From Owenia fusiformis (lineage: Eukaryota), in contig CAIIXF020000001.1 of assembly GCA_903813345.2 (NCBI GenBank), positions 11,284,001 to 11,348,000 on the forward strand: a DNA stretch of 64,000 bases. The letters are read 5' to 3'. Position numbers and translations under genes: made by a program. This document shows positions 48,101-59,409 of this stretch, piece by piece (the first letter of the stretch is position 1; each line of letters opens with the position of its first letter). The notes below the pieces were generated by a model. It worked only from the letters and a program-made list of their open reading frames with translations, searched no databases and was not told the DNA's origin.

Positions 48101-49881
48101 ATTGTTTTCCACTTTATCTAAAAGGAATTCCTTTAAAGGGGTTATGTACTGTGTGTCAAAACACAACATATTGACGCAAGAAAAATTAAAAAAGCAGGGG
48201 TGGAAGGGGTTGAAAATCAGGGAAATATTTCTGAAAAAACATGTGGGTGGGTTGTTTGCATCTTCCCTGTCTCAAATTCGAAATTATCTTATCATCTCTA
48301 GGGGTGCTTTTCCTAGAGATTATGCATTGGTCTTACATATGCACCTATTTAAATCCTCAGAAAATAGCCAAAATCCAACATATGACTGTACGAAATCTGT
48401 TGCGATATTTTCCTTCCTCCTTCGGTAGCTATCTTGAGAATGTCTTCTTGAGTGGAGCTCCCATCCAATGTCTCTAGGAATCAGAATACAAAGTTTGAAC
48501 CATATCCATCAACTCGTATTTGGGTTTTCAAAGATTACGTTCTGGTACGAGGAATGGCGGCCATTTTGGAATTTAGCCACCATCTGTACGAAAATGATAT
48601 AGTGACATTATTGCAAACGACATTGTTTATTTCAAAGCTCTGGCTTATATAGAAAAGATTTATAAGGAAAACAATTACGAAAAGTCCTCCAATATTTTTG
48701 GAAATACCCAAACCTCAACTCAAACTCCTTCGAATATATATTTAGACCACCAACAAGTTCAGATGCCTTGTTATTAAGGTCTGACTTTGCTGTATGGTTT
48801 GCTATCAATCTCAGCTTGTTTGAGGCATCCAGTTTTAAATTATCGGGATACTTTTAGAAAATATCTATACTTATCCGGAGCGAGACATTTTTTGTACCAA
48901 AACTATAACTTTAATGTTTTGAACAGACCATCAGTAAGAACCATCGCTCGCTGTAAATATCAAATAATATTCCCTTACTGGACAACAAGCACGGCATAAC
49001 TGAAAATATTTATCCTTGAATCACGAGTGAGGGGTCTTTAGTCAAAAACGTTTCTAAAACTTTGGATATCGCTAATAAGTACCATTATACCATATTTTGT
49101 TGTAAAAGACCGAATATTTGCGGCATGACCTACGATAGGAGGGGTGCATATATTGGCTATATGGGGGCGTGCCGCTAAAGTTGGTCACTTTTTCGCCGAA
49201 AAATCTCTAAATTTGGGTCAAATTTTGAAGAAAAAATCCTAGATATGAGTCCCATTTTGATGAAAAATCCCTAGAACTGGGTCTACTTTTTGAAAAATCC
49301 TAAAATTGGGTATTGTTTTTGAAAAAAAGAAAACCCCTAGATGTGGTTGGATATTTTGATGCGGGACTCCAGTAATACTATAAACAATATAAACCATTCT
49401 TACTGGCTGTTAGTTGAAATAATGACCATTGTTTCACCTAAGTCAGTATACATTACATATACTGTGAATTAATGTTACACGAAACATTGACATTGTGAAT
49501 TTCAAAATAAGAATTGACTGAACACGTACATGATAAAGAGTGAATCTGATAAATCAGAATGAGTGTTACCATTTTGAACAGCTCTATCAATACACAAATC
49601 AAATCGGCCTTTAACCCATGCACCCCCTCCCCCTCCCCTTTTTGGTGCTCCGCCAGTCTGCCTGTAGTAGAGATGCTACAAGAGTTAAACCATGTCATTT
49701 TGGCAACAATAGCCTTTTTAAGATAAACACAAATATATATTACAGTGACATTCAAAGACAATTAGTTCAAAAATTAATTGAATGGTCTAACATTGCATTA
49801 AAGTCTCAACTTACCTCCCAAAGGCACAATGAAGAATATCCCAAATGCGATGATAACACAAAGACAAAATAATCTATGCAT
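39170..49881 (-). CDS. Predicted GPI-anchored Ly6/uPAR (three-finger, LU) protein, ~372 aa, with a large acidic insertion and a second Cys-rich (EB/EGF-like) module
   Basis: Phase-consistent exons: 49881-49815 (signal peptide MHRLFCLCVIIAFGIFFIVPLG), 42056-41536 (DCIKCYSC...RC...RC plus acidic region), 41195-41033 (YQCYSKTIK...KGC...HC...FCCGKMKCN), 40872-40751, 39717-39570 (...RCFCTKGYFPKGPVCT) and 39267-39170 (SSAKRVSSSSLLHMGCLILFDTLLTSLLYLST*, a GPI-signal-like tail). Total 1119 nt. The link to the distant first exon is inferred from phase and composition. Confidence 0.82.
40027..40724. mobile_element. Tc1/mariner-type MITE in an LU-gene intron
   Basis: cagggtggtccaaaaaaagtgaacccctgcaac ... 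gttgcaggggttcactttttttggaccaccctg, with diverged arms of ~170 bp. The flanks are aa/tt rather than TA/TA. Confidence 0.88.
43274..44113. mobile_element. TTAA-flanked non-autonomous element (Kolobok-like), host of a nested insertion
   Basis: TTAA|agagagaatcagatcta ... tagatctgatacgacc|TTAA. A second family member lies inverted at ~55307-55600. Confidence 0.65.
43394..43912. mobile_element. Kolobok-like MITE (TTAA TSD, AG...CT termini)
   Basis: TTAA|agggacattcctagccagaccatttct ... agaaatggtctggcaaggaatatccct|TTAA, with ~80-bp imperfect TIRs. Confidence 0.85.
46388..47260 (+). mobile_element. 5'-truncated Penelope-like retroelement (RT thumb C-terminus plus non-coding tail)
   Basis: VPLNPSYGVYVSQLIRYSRACSKYLDFKSRHHILVTKLLGQGYTCKKLKKSF resembles the PLE RT thumb motif (P..P.YGVY.SQL.RY.R.CS...F...L..KLL.QGY). 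The stop follows at 46636. It abuts a Tc1-type TIR (TA|cagggtgagcaaaaaaag at 46359). The tail is homologous to 57130-57560. Confidence 0.8.
47263..48050. repeat. 132-bp satellite-like tandem array (2 near-identical units plus degenerate units) within a HINE/Helentron-like element
   Basis: The unit ttttcaacccacttcaaattgacaa...ttgaccttcaatgacattcttaaggtcagaaaaggtcaaaaaggta has period 132 (47401, 47533, 47665) and decays to ~48005. GC-rich terminal segments at 47263-47316 and 48019-48040. Confidence 0.8.
49140..49350. repeat. Dispersed repeat fragment with ~32-bp subrepeats
   Basis: An aaaaatc(c)ctag(a/aa)...tgggt motif recurs about five times after a G-rich start. Confidence 0.5.
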
Positions 49882-50892
49882 TTTGAATAAGCAGTGTCTC
49901 GTTGTTCTAAATCCTAAATTTGTTACGTTTTCATTATTTTTACTAATGTTAAGGTACAAATTAATTCCAATCAAATTCAAAATGGCGTCGCTTGTAACTC
50001 AAAATTAATCAAGACATCTGTCATTGAGAAATAGTCAACGAATTAAATTTATGTCACATGGTCACATGGTATGTAACATCTTGGACATTAGCCCTTTTAA
50101 CAAACAGGCCGTACAGCATTGTTTTAACTACATATATTCATAGAGAACTAAAAATTCATTTCAAACGTAGCTCTGTGGCCTCGGTTTCAATTTTTCCAAT
50201 TTTTGATATTCATTATTTAAGAAAGTTGAAGGTTAACGGTCAAGTGAAGAGGGAATCTGGGCGCAAGGCTTGATCTGCAATCAAAGAATATAAAATAGGT
50301 TATATAAGTAGGTAACCTGGACGCACTCGCTGTCTTTACTTGTGCCGCGCGTATGTTATCTGAGGGATAGGACGTTCCCTGTCTTGGTATTCTGATGCAT
50401 TTGGACAGCATCTTGATTGAAGAAATTAATTGCACTGAATACACCTGTAATGCCTCGAGGTAATTGGTAGCACGTTCCGTAATACTGACACATGAGGAAA
50501 TTAAATCATTGAAAAAAACTCAATACATCGCCGTTCTTGATCCGCCTAGGTTCGATTCCCTGTTCAGCAGACAAAATTCTGTATTTAATTATATATTCAG
50601 GTACATAAGGATAACAGAATCACAAAGAATACACCCAGGATTAAAACTGAATGCAGCCTTGCTGTTTAATCTTGCTTACCAACAGGGTTAATCAGATGCG
50701 CAACTCAATGGGACTCGTGTAGACCCACAGATGACATATCACGAGTGGGTTGCACTTCATTTCCGTAAATAATGCGCTCACAAAGTCCACTACATTTGTA
50801 AAGTAATATTGATACCAAATATATCATGATTGGATTTTTACATTTCCCTGCTCCTAAAACTCAAATAAATCTAAACTGAACAGCGTGCAAGA

Positions 50893-51927
50893 GACCCCGC
50901 CACATAGTGTGGGGCCATATTGTCGGCCTAGGCGCGTCTGTCAGTTCGTCCGTCCGCCTCTCTGTCTGTTCATACGCCCGGCTTTTTCTCCAATACTGCT
51001 ACAGTTATCACCTTCAAATTTTCAGGGATAACTTATGAGTACATACAGATGTGGATGAAATTATAGAAGTTAGCGAGCGATAATACTAAAGTATCATATC
51101 ATATTAGAATGGTGTTTTGAGTTTTCATAGTTTAACGATTAAGTAGCTTTATAAATAAGTGTCCTGTGTTGTAAAAGTCGATGTTACTGTTTACAGTAGT
51201 TGTATGCAATAATTTGAAAAAGAAATAAGCAAAAACTCATAAATTCTATTTTTTATTGTCGCCCATTTTAGATTTTCCGTCCTAAAATCTTGTCTGTCAA
51301 GTGTTGTGTACGCGTTTTCAGGTGAACTGATTGGTAGATCAATTTCAAACTTTTAGAGATGATTCTTAGTATGAAAATCAAGAGCTGATTAGTTTTTCGA
51401 CATTCTGGGTAAATGTCAAGGTAGCCATTTTGGATTTTCCGTCCTAAAACATTGTCTGTAAAGTATTGTCTACGCCTTGTGGGGTTAACTCTTTGACGGA
51501 TCAATTTCAAATTTTCAGGGCTGGTTCTTAGTATGAAAATCTCGAACTGACGTTTTTCGGCAATCTGCGTAAGTTTTAAGGCAGTCATTCTGGATTTTCC
51601 GTCAGTCTAAGCATCTTCAGGGTAACCATTTGACGGTGGATCAATTTCAATTTTTTAGAAATGATTCTGGGTAAATTTTGAGGTGGCCATTTTGGGTTGA
51701 CAGTTGACAGATCGATTTCAAATTTTCGGGAGTGATTCTTTGAATGAAAATCTCAAACTACCTTGTTTATGCTTAGTCCGGTTAAATTTTAAGGCGGCCA
51801 CATTGGATTTTCTCTTAAAATCCTGTCGTTTGAACTGATTTATGTTCGGCATTCAAGATGAAAAAAGTGCAGTATATAGGATCACCCATTTGTGGGGACA
51901 TGTTGTACACGTTTGTGTTCTTGTTTG
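50893..51927 (+). mobile_element. HINE/Helentron-like non-autonomous element
   Basis: 5' hairpin ccccgccacatagtgtgggg, then a gtct/gtcc microsatellite, ~160-bp internal degenerate repeats (gatcaatttcaaattttcaggg...gccattttggatttt), and a 3' cccatttgtgggg hairpin with a cttgttt end. Confidence 0.7.
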
Positions 51928-53390
51928 TTATTTAAACTTTATTGAAATTACTGGCAAAACATCTGTTAATTGCTTCAAAATGTTTAAAAATGAATCTCGT
52001 GTGGTTTTCAATCTTGTCACATTGGGAATAGAGAATTAACGGATTCCATATTGCAAAGTGAAGAATGACATGCTATGTACACTCCCCTCTATAAATTTGA
52101 AAAAAAGATTCAAACATTGGCAGGCATCGGTATTCTATCTCATCAAAACGTTCAGTTGCAAAACTTTTGGAAGGGAGTGTAGACTAAATGAAAAAACAAA
52201 GGATCTAATGTGAGAATACGATCGCAGACTGAGGAATAATGAACAATTAGGCAATGTCAGGGCGCTCTGATCTAAAGGCTTCAACACCCATGTATACAAA
52301 ATATATATATATAAATCGACGGGTGGTGTCAATTATTTTAGTTTTTCATTATCGTAATAAAGCCGAAGTATTGTCTACGCCTTTTGAGGTTAACTCTTTG
52401 ACGGATCAAATTTTCAGGGCTGGTTCTTAGTGTGAAAATCTCGAACTGATTAGTTTTTCGGCAATCTGCGTAAGTTTAAGGCAGCCATTCTTGATTTTCC
52501 GTCAGTCTAAGCATTTTCAGGATAACCATTTGACGGTGGATCAATTTCAATTTTTTAGAAATGATTCTAGGTAAATGTTTAGGTGGCCATTTTGGGTTTT
52601 TGTCTTAAAATCTTCTCTGTAAAGTCTTGTCTACATTTTTTCTCGCGAACCAGTTGACAGATCGATTTAACATTTTCGGGAGTGATTCTTTGAATGAAAA
52701 TTTCAAACTACTTTGTTTATGCTTAGTCCGGTTAAATTTTAAGGCGGCCACATTGGATTTTCTCTTAAAATCCTGTCTTTTCAACTGATTTATGTTCGGC
52801 ATTCAAGATGAAAAAATTGCAGTATATACTGTAGGATCACCCATTGGTGGGGACATGTTGTGCACGTTTGTGTTCTTGTTTGTTATTTAAACTTTATTAA
52901 AATTACTTGCAAAACATCTGTTAATTGCTTCAAAATGTTTAAAAATGAATCTCGTGTGGTTTTCAATCTTGTCACATTGGGAATAGAGAATTAACGGATT
53001 CCATATTGCAAAGTGAAGAATGACATGCTATGTACACTCCCCTCCATAAATTTGTCAACTGGAAGATTCTTTTGGGATCACGTTTCGTCTGTATGTCTGG
53101 CAGTAGAGGTATGGTAAATTAAGGAACACAATTGAGATTCAAACATTTACAGGCATCGGTATGCTATCTTATCAAAACGTTCAGTTGCAAACCTTTTGGA
53201 AGGGAGTGTAGACTAAATGAACAAAGGATCTAATGTGAGAATACGATCGCAGACTAAGGAATAATGAACAATTAGGCAATGTCAGAGCGCTCTGATCTAA
53301 AGGCTTCAACACCCATGTATAAATAAAAAAAATATATAAATCGACGGGTGGTGTCAATTATTTTAGTTTTTCATTATCGTAATAAAAGCC
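51461..53390. repeat. Local tandem duplication of ~0.9-1.0 kb (51461-52365 and 52366-53390)
   Basis: Both units start aagtattgtctacgcctt and end gtttttcattatcgtaataaa(a)gcc. They are colinear and highly similar, and unit 2 has extra segments near 52600-52650 and 53055-53135. Confidence 0.9.
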
Positions 53391-55306
53391 AAACTCGAGT
53401 AAACACTGGTTAAAACAAGCCTCGAGACTGTAAAGGTGAAATAGAATGATTAGTAAAACAATTTATTTCCCCTTGTCTTGAAGGAAACGGCATAAATACC
53501 TCAGAATCATGTGAAAAATTAGAAACAGTTGCACTAGATTGCCAGATGTAAACGAAAAAAATCTTTGTAGGATGTAAGCTTTGAACCCCCATAGAATATA
53601 TGACTTTGTGCCATTATTTATGAGGAAAATTTCACTATTTGTCAACTGGGATGCAAAACCAATATTCCACATTGTTTTTCAACCTATATATTTTAAAGTT
53701 CATTACACGATTGGCAGCCATGCATGTAAAACCATATGGGTGTCAAGGTCCAGCAATACTTTCATTCTTACTTTAGTCTACTGAGGACACGTTTCGGGAC
53801 AAACTATTTTAAAGGCTGTCTGTGCTTATCCTAGTTGAAATTGACATTTTTGGAGAAGCCAAAACATTTCTGCACAAGTTATCGCATATTTTTGTTTTAA
53901 TCATCTAAATTAATCTTTCCTTGTAATGTAGCCTATGCCCCGGTTATCTTACAAATGTGTTATAATGACACTGTGTATCTATGGAATTTCTCCTGCTTTA
54001 TTAGTAGCCCGGTTATAATTCTATATTTCTAGCTATCATTTCTAAATATAACAATCTGTGGCTCATTGTAAAGTATTACAAGCCAAGTGTGTAAATGGAA
54101 ACTAGCCGGTGAAAATTCGAACAAACGAATGTAGTAAGCAAGAGACGTAATTATATCTATCTCTATAAAGCTCTGCGGGGCTTTCCCTCCTCTTGCTTTT
54201 GGGTATATATTCCAAATACGATGTTGCATAATCATGAAGTTACGTGTGCACTGCGCAACATAAGCAAATATTACGTAATCTTTTCTTTATCTGACACAAT
54301 TACATAAGCTCTTTCTCGATAGACAGCCGCCTCCCCATGTCAAACAATATATTTACATCTTTATTTGATTTTTACATGTAATAAATTTTGTATATAACCT
54401 TACAAGTGCTCTTTGGATATAATTTGGATATAAATATTCATGAAAATGGCATGTCACTTTGAATAATTAAGCCTTGACCATCAGAATTGCCGATTGAAAG
54501 TCAAATTTAGTATTTCTAAATTCGAGCTTTTGAATGGTACAAACCTGCTCATTTAGAAGCAAGTTCAATTGAACATAACCTCTTCTGAGACAGATACTCT
54601 AATAATATACGATATGTACAAAGGCATTTGAATACTTATGAATGAAAAAAACGTATAAGACATGACTATAACTGGTACCGCATCTGATGACGAATACCAA
54701 GAACGGTGCATGGGATGTAAACTGTGTTGAAAATACAATTAATAAATTGAAAATAGAAGATAGATTTGAAATCATATAATTACGATATGAAGAAAAGTCG
54801 CTCGAAGCTCTCCAAACTCCAGAACATCTCATTGATTCGTAAGTTTGAGGACGGCCAAATATATTACACGATTCTCAAGTGGTTGTCCGGGATACTAATA
54901 TATAACCCCTTACTATTCTGTAATATATGTTTGTAATGTGATATGCATGTCATGTATAAATTGTTTTGCTCTCCAATAAAACGGAGGAAATAAAGAAACA
55001 TAAACATAAACATATATAAATTGAATCGTTCGTAAATTTTGTTAGTTATTTCAAATATTTTCGTATTTTCGTGTACCATACAGAGATGCATTTCAAACTG
55101 TTTGATAGGGTCATATATTATTAGAATTTAAATCCAATTTCGGCAATGACACAATACGGTGAACTGTACAGTTAATCATAAAGAATAGAAAGTTGTAACA
55201 AAGAAGAGTGAATTCCTTTTCTATTGTTCCATTGCATGTGACCATTCAGCAAGATTTCAGGTTTTCAGCCTTCCACCCGACCGCCATCCCAAATTTCTTG
55301 GTTATT

Positions 55307-55600
55307 TAGAGATAGAATCAGATCTATAGGGAGGGTGACAAAATTGCAAGAAACTTTTACAGTTGACCTAACATCATTATTCCCAACGATGTCAAATATA
55401 ATATCTACCGACAGATTCACAATATGATATAAATATAAATTAATAAAAATGGTAACAATATTTACATAAAAGTATACACATTATTGTAAAAATCTTAAGT
55501 TTTCCTAAAATAAAGTATGCTCTTTTGGTAATTTAAGAAAATAAACATGACAAGAAATGATGTGAGCCCATAATGTTCTAAAATTTAAGTTTTTGTTAAT
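55307..55600. mobile_element. Inverted partial copy of the 43274-44113 element lacking the nested MITE
   Basis: atcagatctatagggagggtgacaaaattgcaag is the reverse complement (near-exact) of 44077-44107. cacattattgtaaaaatcTTAAgtttt carries a single TTAA (55495-55498) at the insertion point. Confidence 0.7.
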
Positions 55601-55720
55601 GTTAGTTGATATATCCGATTGTCCCTTTTTGGTTACGTGACAATTCGACTGATTTCGATAAAGGCTCATTTTTATTCATAACTTACATTTATATTCTAAG
55701 TCAATGTCGAAGTGATTTAA

Positions 55721-56350
55721 CCCTAGAAGCCCTAAGGGGGGGGGGTCAAAATGACCCCCCCCCCCCCCCTGTTAAGTTTTTTCCCCATAACTTTTTATTG
55801 GCATCTAGTAGGATCTTCAAATTTTCAGTAGCTGGAGCTACAGATATAACACATGTTTTCTGAAAAAATCAGCAAAATTGCACATAGGGTAGTTGATTTA
55901 TTATGATGTTATAATCAGCTCCAATATCAAAAATCGGAAAAAGCTAGCACTATTTCTACCATACGTGGTATCTTTAGAGTAAAATTATGCAATTTTACAT
56001 CATCAAAGTTGTTGAAGTTATTACACCAAGTTGTAGATAATTGAATGAAGTATATTTTGGGAAAGTTTGGACATCCTAGCTTTACTAGTTTGTTATAAAT
56101 TCATTATGCTGTAATCATCATCTTCAATAGACAAAAGCGGAAAAAAGCTCGCACCAATTCTATCATGCGTGTTGTCTTTAGAATGAAATTACGCAATCTT
56201 ACATCATCATAGTTGTTAAAGTTATTACACCAAGTTGTAGGTAATTGAATGAAGTATATTTGGAAAAAGTTTGAACTTCCTAGCTCCATTAATAAAAATT
56301 TTACAAGGGGGGTGCCCTTTTGACCCCCCCCCCTTAGGTGTTCGTGTAAC
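55721..56350. mobile_element. piggyBac-like non-autonomous element, right end truncated
   Basis: TTAA|ccctagaagccctaaggggggggggtcaaaatgacccccc. The inverted partial end is tttgacccccccccttagg (~56320-56338). Internal ~200-bp direct repeat. Confidence 0.6.
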
Positions 56351-57129
56351 TTTTATCAATTTAAGGACATGTCACAAATTACTTGGTGTGTTTAAAGTAG
56401 ATCAAGGTCATGGGTGAAGGTCATTATAGGCTAATGCCAACATTTCAGTTCGGTTCAATATATAGGTTTTTATGCATTTTACACTTTAAGTACATTTAGT
56501 GCACCTGGTGTGTTTAAAGTAGTTTAAGACCAGGGCGCATGTTGGGAAAATTGATTTGTTTTGTAAAATGTATAAAAAACGAGAAAATTCAGTGAAAAAA
56601 AATTCTGAAAATTTTCTGAATTTTTCACTGAATTTTCTGGTTTTTATACACTTTATCAAAACATTCTTCTCACAAGTCTTTTCTAGGGACATAAGTGCAC
56701 TCTTTGTGCAAAACTGGAAGATATAGACAATGTGGGGAAGGAGTGATTCTTGTTTGAAAAATAACATGTGACTCAATTGAGGGATGCAGAAAATTTCCCA
56801 TCATGTACCCTGACCTTAAGGTCATGGGTGAAGGTCATGCCAATGTGACATCAAGAATCTCTACACCGTTTAAACCATATCGAAGTCATTTAAGTCAAGC
56901 TAACATTTAGAAATCATTTCAATTCGGTTCAATATATAGGTTATTATGCATTTGACACTTTAAAGTACATTTAGTACAATTAATTTTTTGTGTGACTTTA
57001 AAATAACAAAAGTAATTTAAGAACATCGCACGTAAATCTAAGTAAGTCACTCAGAAGAATTCTTGATAATTTAATGATGAAATTCCGAATCGTCAGTATC
57101 GTTTTATAGGTCCAAGGCAAAAATAGTTA

Positions 57130-57560
57130 TATATTTATTTCATGGTGTATCCATGCTACCCTGTATATGGACTAAAACTCCAAAATCACACAACATGAAA
57201 AAACACACGTGCAAAATGGATATGTATGCGCAAGTGCCAATGCGAAAGTACCAAAAACTCGTTACAGAACACAGTAAGAAAGAGAAAACATCTAAGTGTA
57301 CACCAGTCATACGTAAAGCAAACCCCAACTATCCCAAAATCATAATCCAAATGTGATAAGAAACAGTGTCTAATACGTCCTCCCGACCATTCAAGTACCA
57401 ATATCACAATCCGAGGCCATAACTCTAAGGGACATTTCATTCATACTAAAGTCATAACATTTACACGTTGAAGAATTGATTTAAAATTGATAGCCAAGAC
57501 TCATAACATCAGAAATAGTTGTATATACTAAATAATAATGATAGAGCAAAGAACATATTA
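57130..57560 (-). mobile_element. Diverged second copy of the Penelope-like element tail
   Basis: The reverse complement contains ggctatcaatttt...cttcaac.tgta...atgact(t/c)agtatgaatgaaatgtccctt...ggattgtgata, matching 46907-47000. Confidence 0.7.
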
Positions 57561-58518
57561 AGATAATGGAATCTATAACACAATTGCATAGATGAGCATC
57601 TAGGAGCCCAACCAGATATTTATGGGAAGCAAGCCCCAATATCCCAAAGCATGTTCAATTCCCCTCACCCCCATGTAGGAATTTTGCAAACCTTCCGGAC
57701 GATATTTTCAATATTACACATGTTTCATACATGCAATTATAAATGCATGATTATGATGGTAACTTCCCATCGGATTTCATCCGAAGTCGAGTAAAGTTGT
57801 GTAATTCTTGGTTCAAAACAAGTAAAGCATCTCTTGAGTTAAAAGAAGACTCCCAAAGTATATGTTGAATCAGGTGACTGACTTCCAGCGCAAATTGTGT
57901 AAAACCACGAACGTTTGATCTCCGAACTAAGAATACAATATGTTGTGTTATGCTACATTCTAATTTTTCAAAAAGGAATGTTTGACACATTGCAACAATT
58001 CCAAGATGTCATTCTACTGATATTCTTGGTTGATGTTATACATAGTTTCCAGTACTTACTCCCACTGCAACGGTGTCTGGATCTGGAACAAAATAAGTTG
58101 AATTGCAAAGAAGGATTTGTGAAGGACTAAAAGAACATTTTAAGTGGCATTGGAGCACAATGCTAATTTGTAAGATAATTGAGAGTTTAAGCTTGCATAT
58201 AAAATCGAAACGCCAACCTATACGCATGACCAATCGCCCATATAAATGCATCGCTTAAATATTTTCCGTTCACGTTTAGGTTGTGAAAAACATTGCAAGC
58301 TTACGCTCCCTAATGTCGTATGTAAGGCAATTATGTTGTCTTGATTATGGACTTGAGGAAATGTCAACTCCTTTGAATGTACCACCCTTAAATTGTACCA
58401 TATCATAGACTTAGTGACCATATGATCAAACGATATCTCGAAATATGAGTCGACACATTGAAGTTGTTGATCTCCACTTGATTAGAAGGTATCGTCTTGG
58501 TTTTAACAGAGGAGTTGC

Positions 58519-58600
58519 CATCCTCCGTATCGCAGGGTTACAGAATCATGCACAAAGTTGGAAGGAAGGAACTTTGTGTAACCCTGCGATACGGAGGATG
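58519..58600. mobile_element. 82-bp miniature MITE with perfect 24-bp TIRs and 9-bp TSD (Mutator-like)
   Basis: catcctccgtatcgcagggttaca / tgtaaccctgcgatacggaggatg. The flanks aggagttgc and agaagttgc match at 8 of 9 positions. Confidence 0.75.
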
Positions 58601-59314
58601 AGAAGTTGCCCTCATGGCATGAAGTCATCACTTTGTTTGTTCTTTGGAGTTTTAAAATTATATTCTTAAATGATTTAAGCATATAATTTCAAGTTGTGCT
58701 ACACGAATCAGGAACGGGTCTGAAAATGAACAAGGAGGGGGGGAGTGTCACATTTCAAGTCTGAAAAAATATTTCCCCTAAAATCCAAAATTGGGCCTAA
58801 ATTTTGAAAAGTTAAGGTCCATTTTCTGGATAATTTGGCCTTTAGTAACAATTCAATTATGGCAAAAGAGGGCCCACATTTTTCTTGGCCCAGTGCGAAT
58901 ATCGCAGGGATATTTTGTTTGAAGCACTTCCACACTGAAATACACACAAAACTACATCCCAGACGTTCTAAATTGATGCGAAACACATTGTTCTACTTTA
59001 AATGCTTTTCATGTGGTTAGGGGGCATATCGGTTAATTTAAGGAGTAATCATCGAATACACAACACTATATTTATCATAAGTAAGATTTTAGATTATTAC
59101 ATAATCAGTCGGTGTTTCATGGAAACATTTACTCTTCCATACAAAAGTTTGGCAACCCAAATTCACTATCTTTATTTGACGACAAATATTCACTTTCTTC
59201 AGAATCAAAAAAATTTTGTGAATTTATTTTTATATCTCGATAACTCTCTCCCAAAAAAATGTATAGTATTCTCTAAAATGAGACTCTGTGGTAGCTTTTC
59301 TAATCACAAAGCAA

Positions 59315-59409
59315 TATAAATATAAACAGCAAACAACAAAGACAATTCAGTTTTTCAGTTTTCTAATTTGCCATGCTAGAGACAAACAAACATCCTGGCG
59401 CGTATATAG
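59315..59409 (+). promoter_or_regulatory. Candidate TATA + Inr core promoter and non-coding first exon for the 61606 gene
   Basis: Tandem TATAAA at 59315 and 59321. TCAGTT initiators at 59347 and 59355 (~28-34 nt downstream). Strong donor tag|gtaagt at 59409/59410. Confidence 0.5.
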
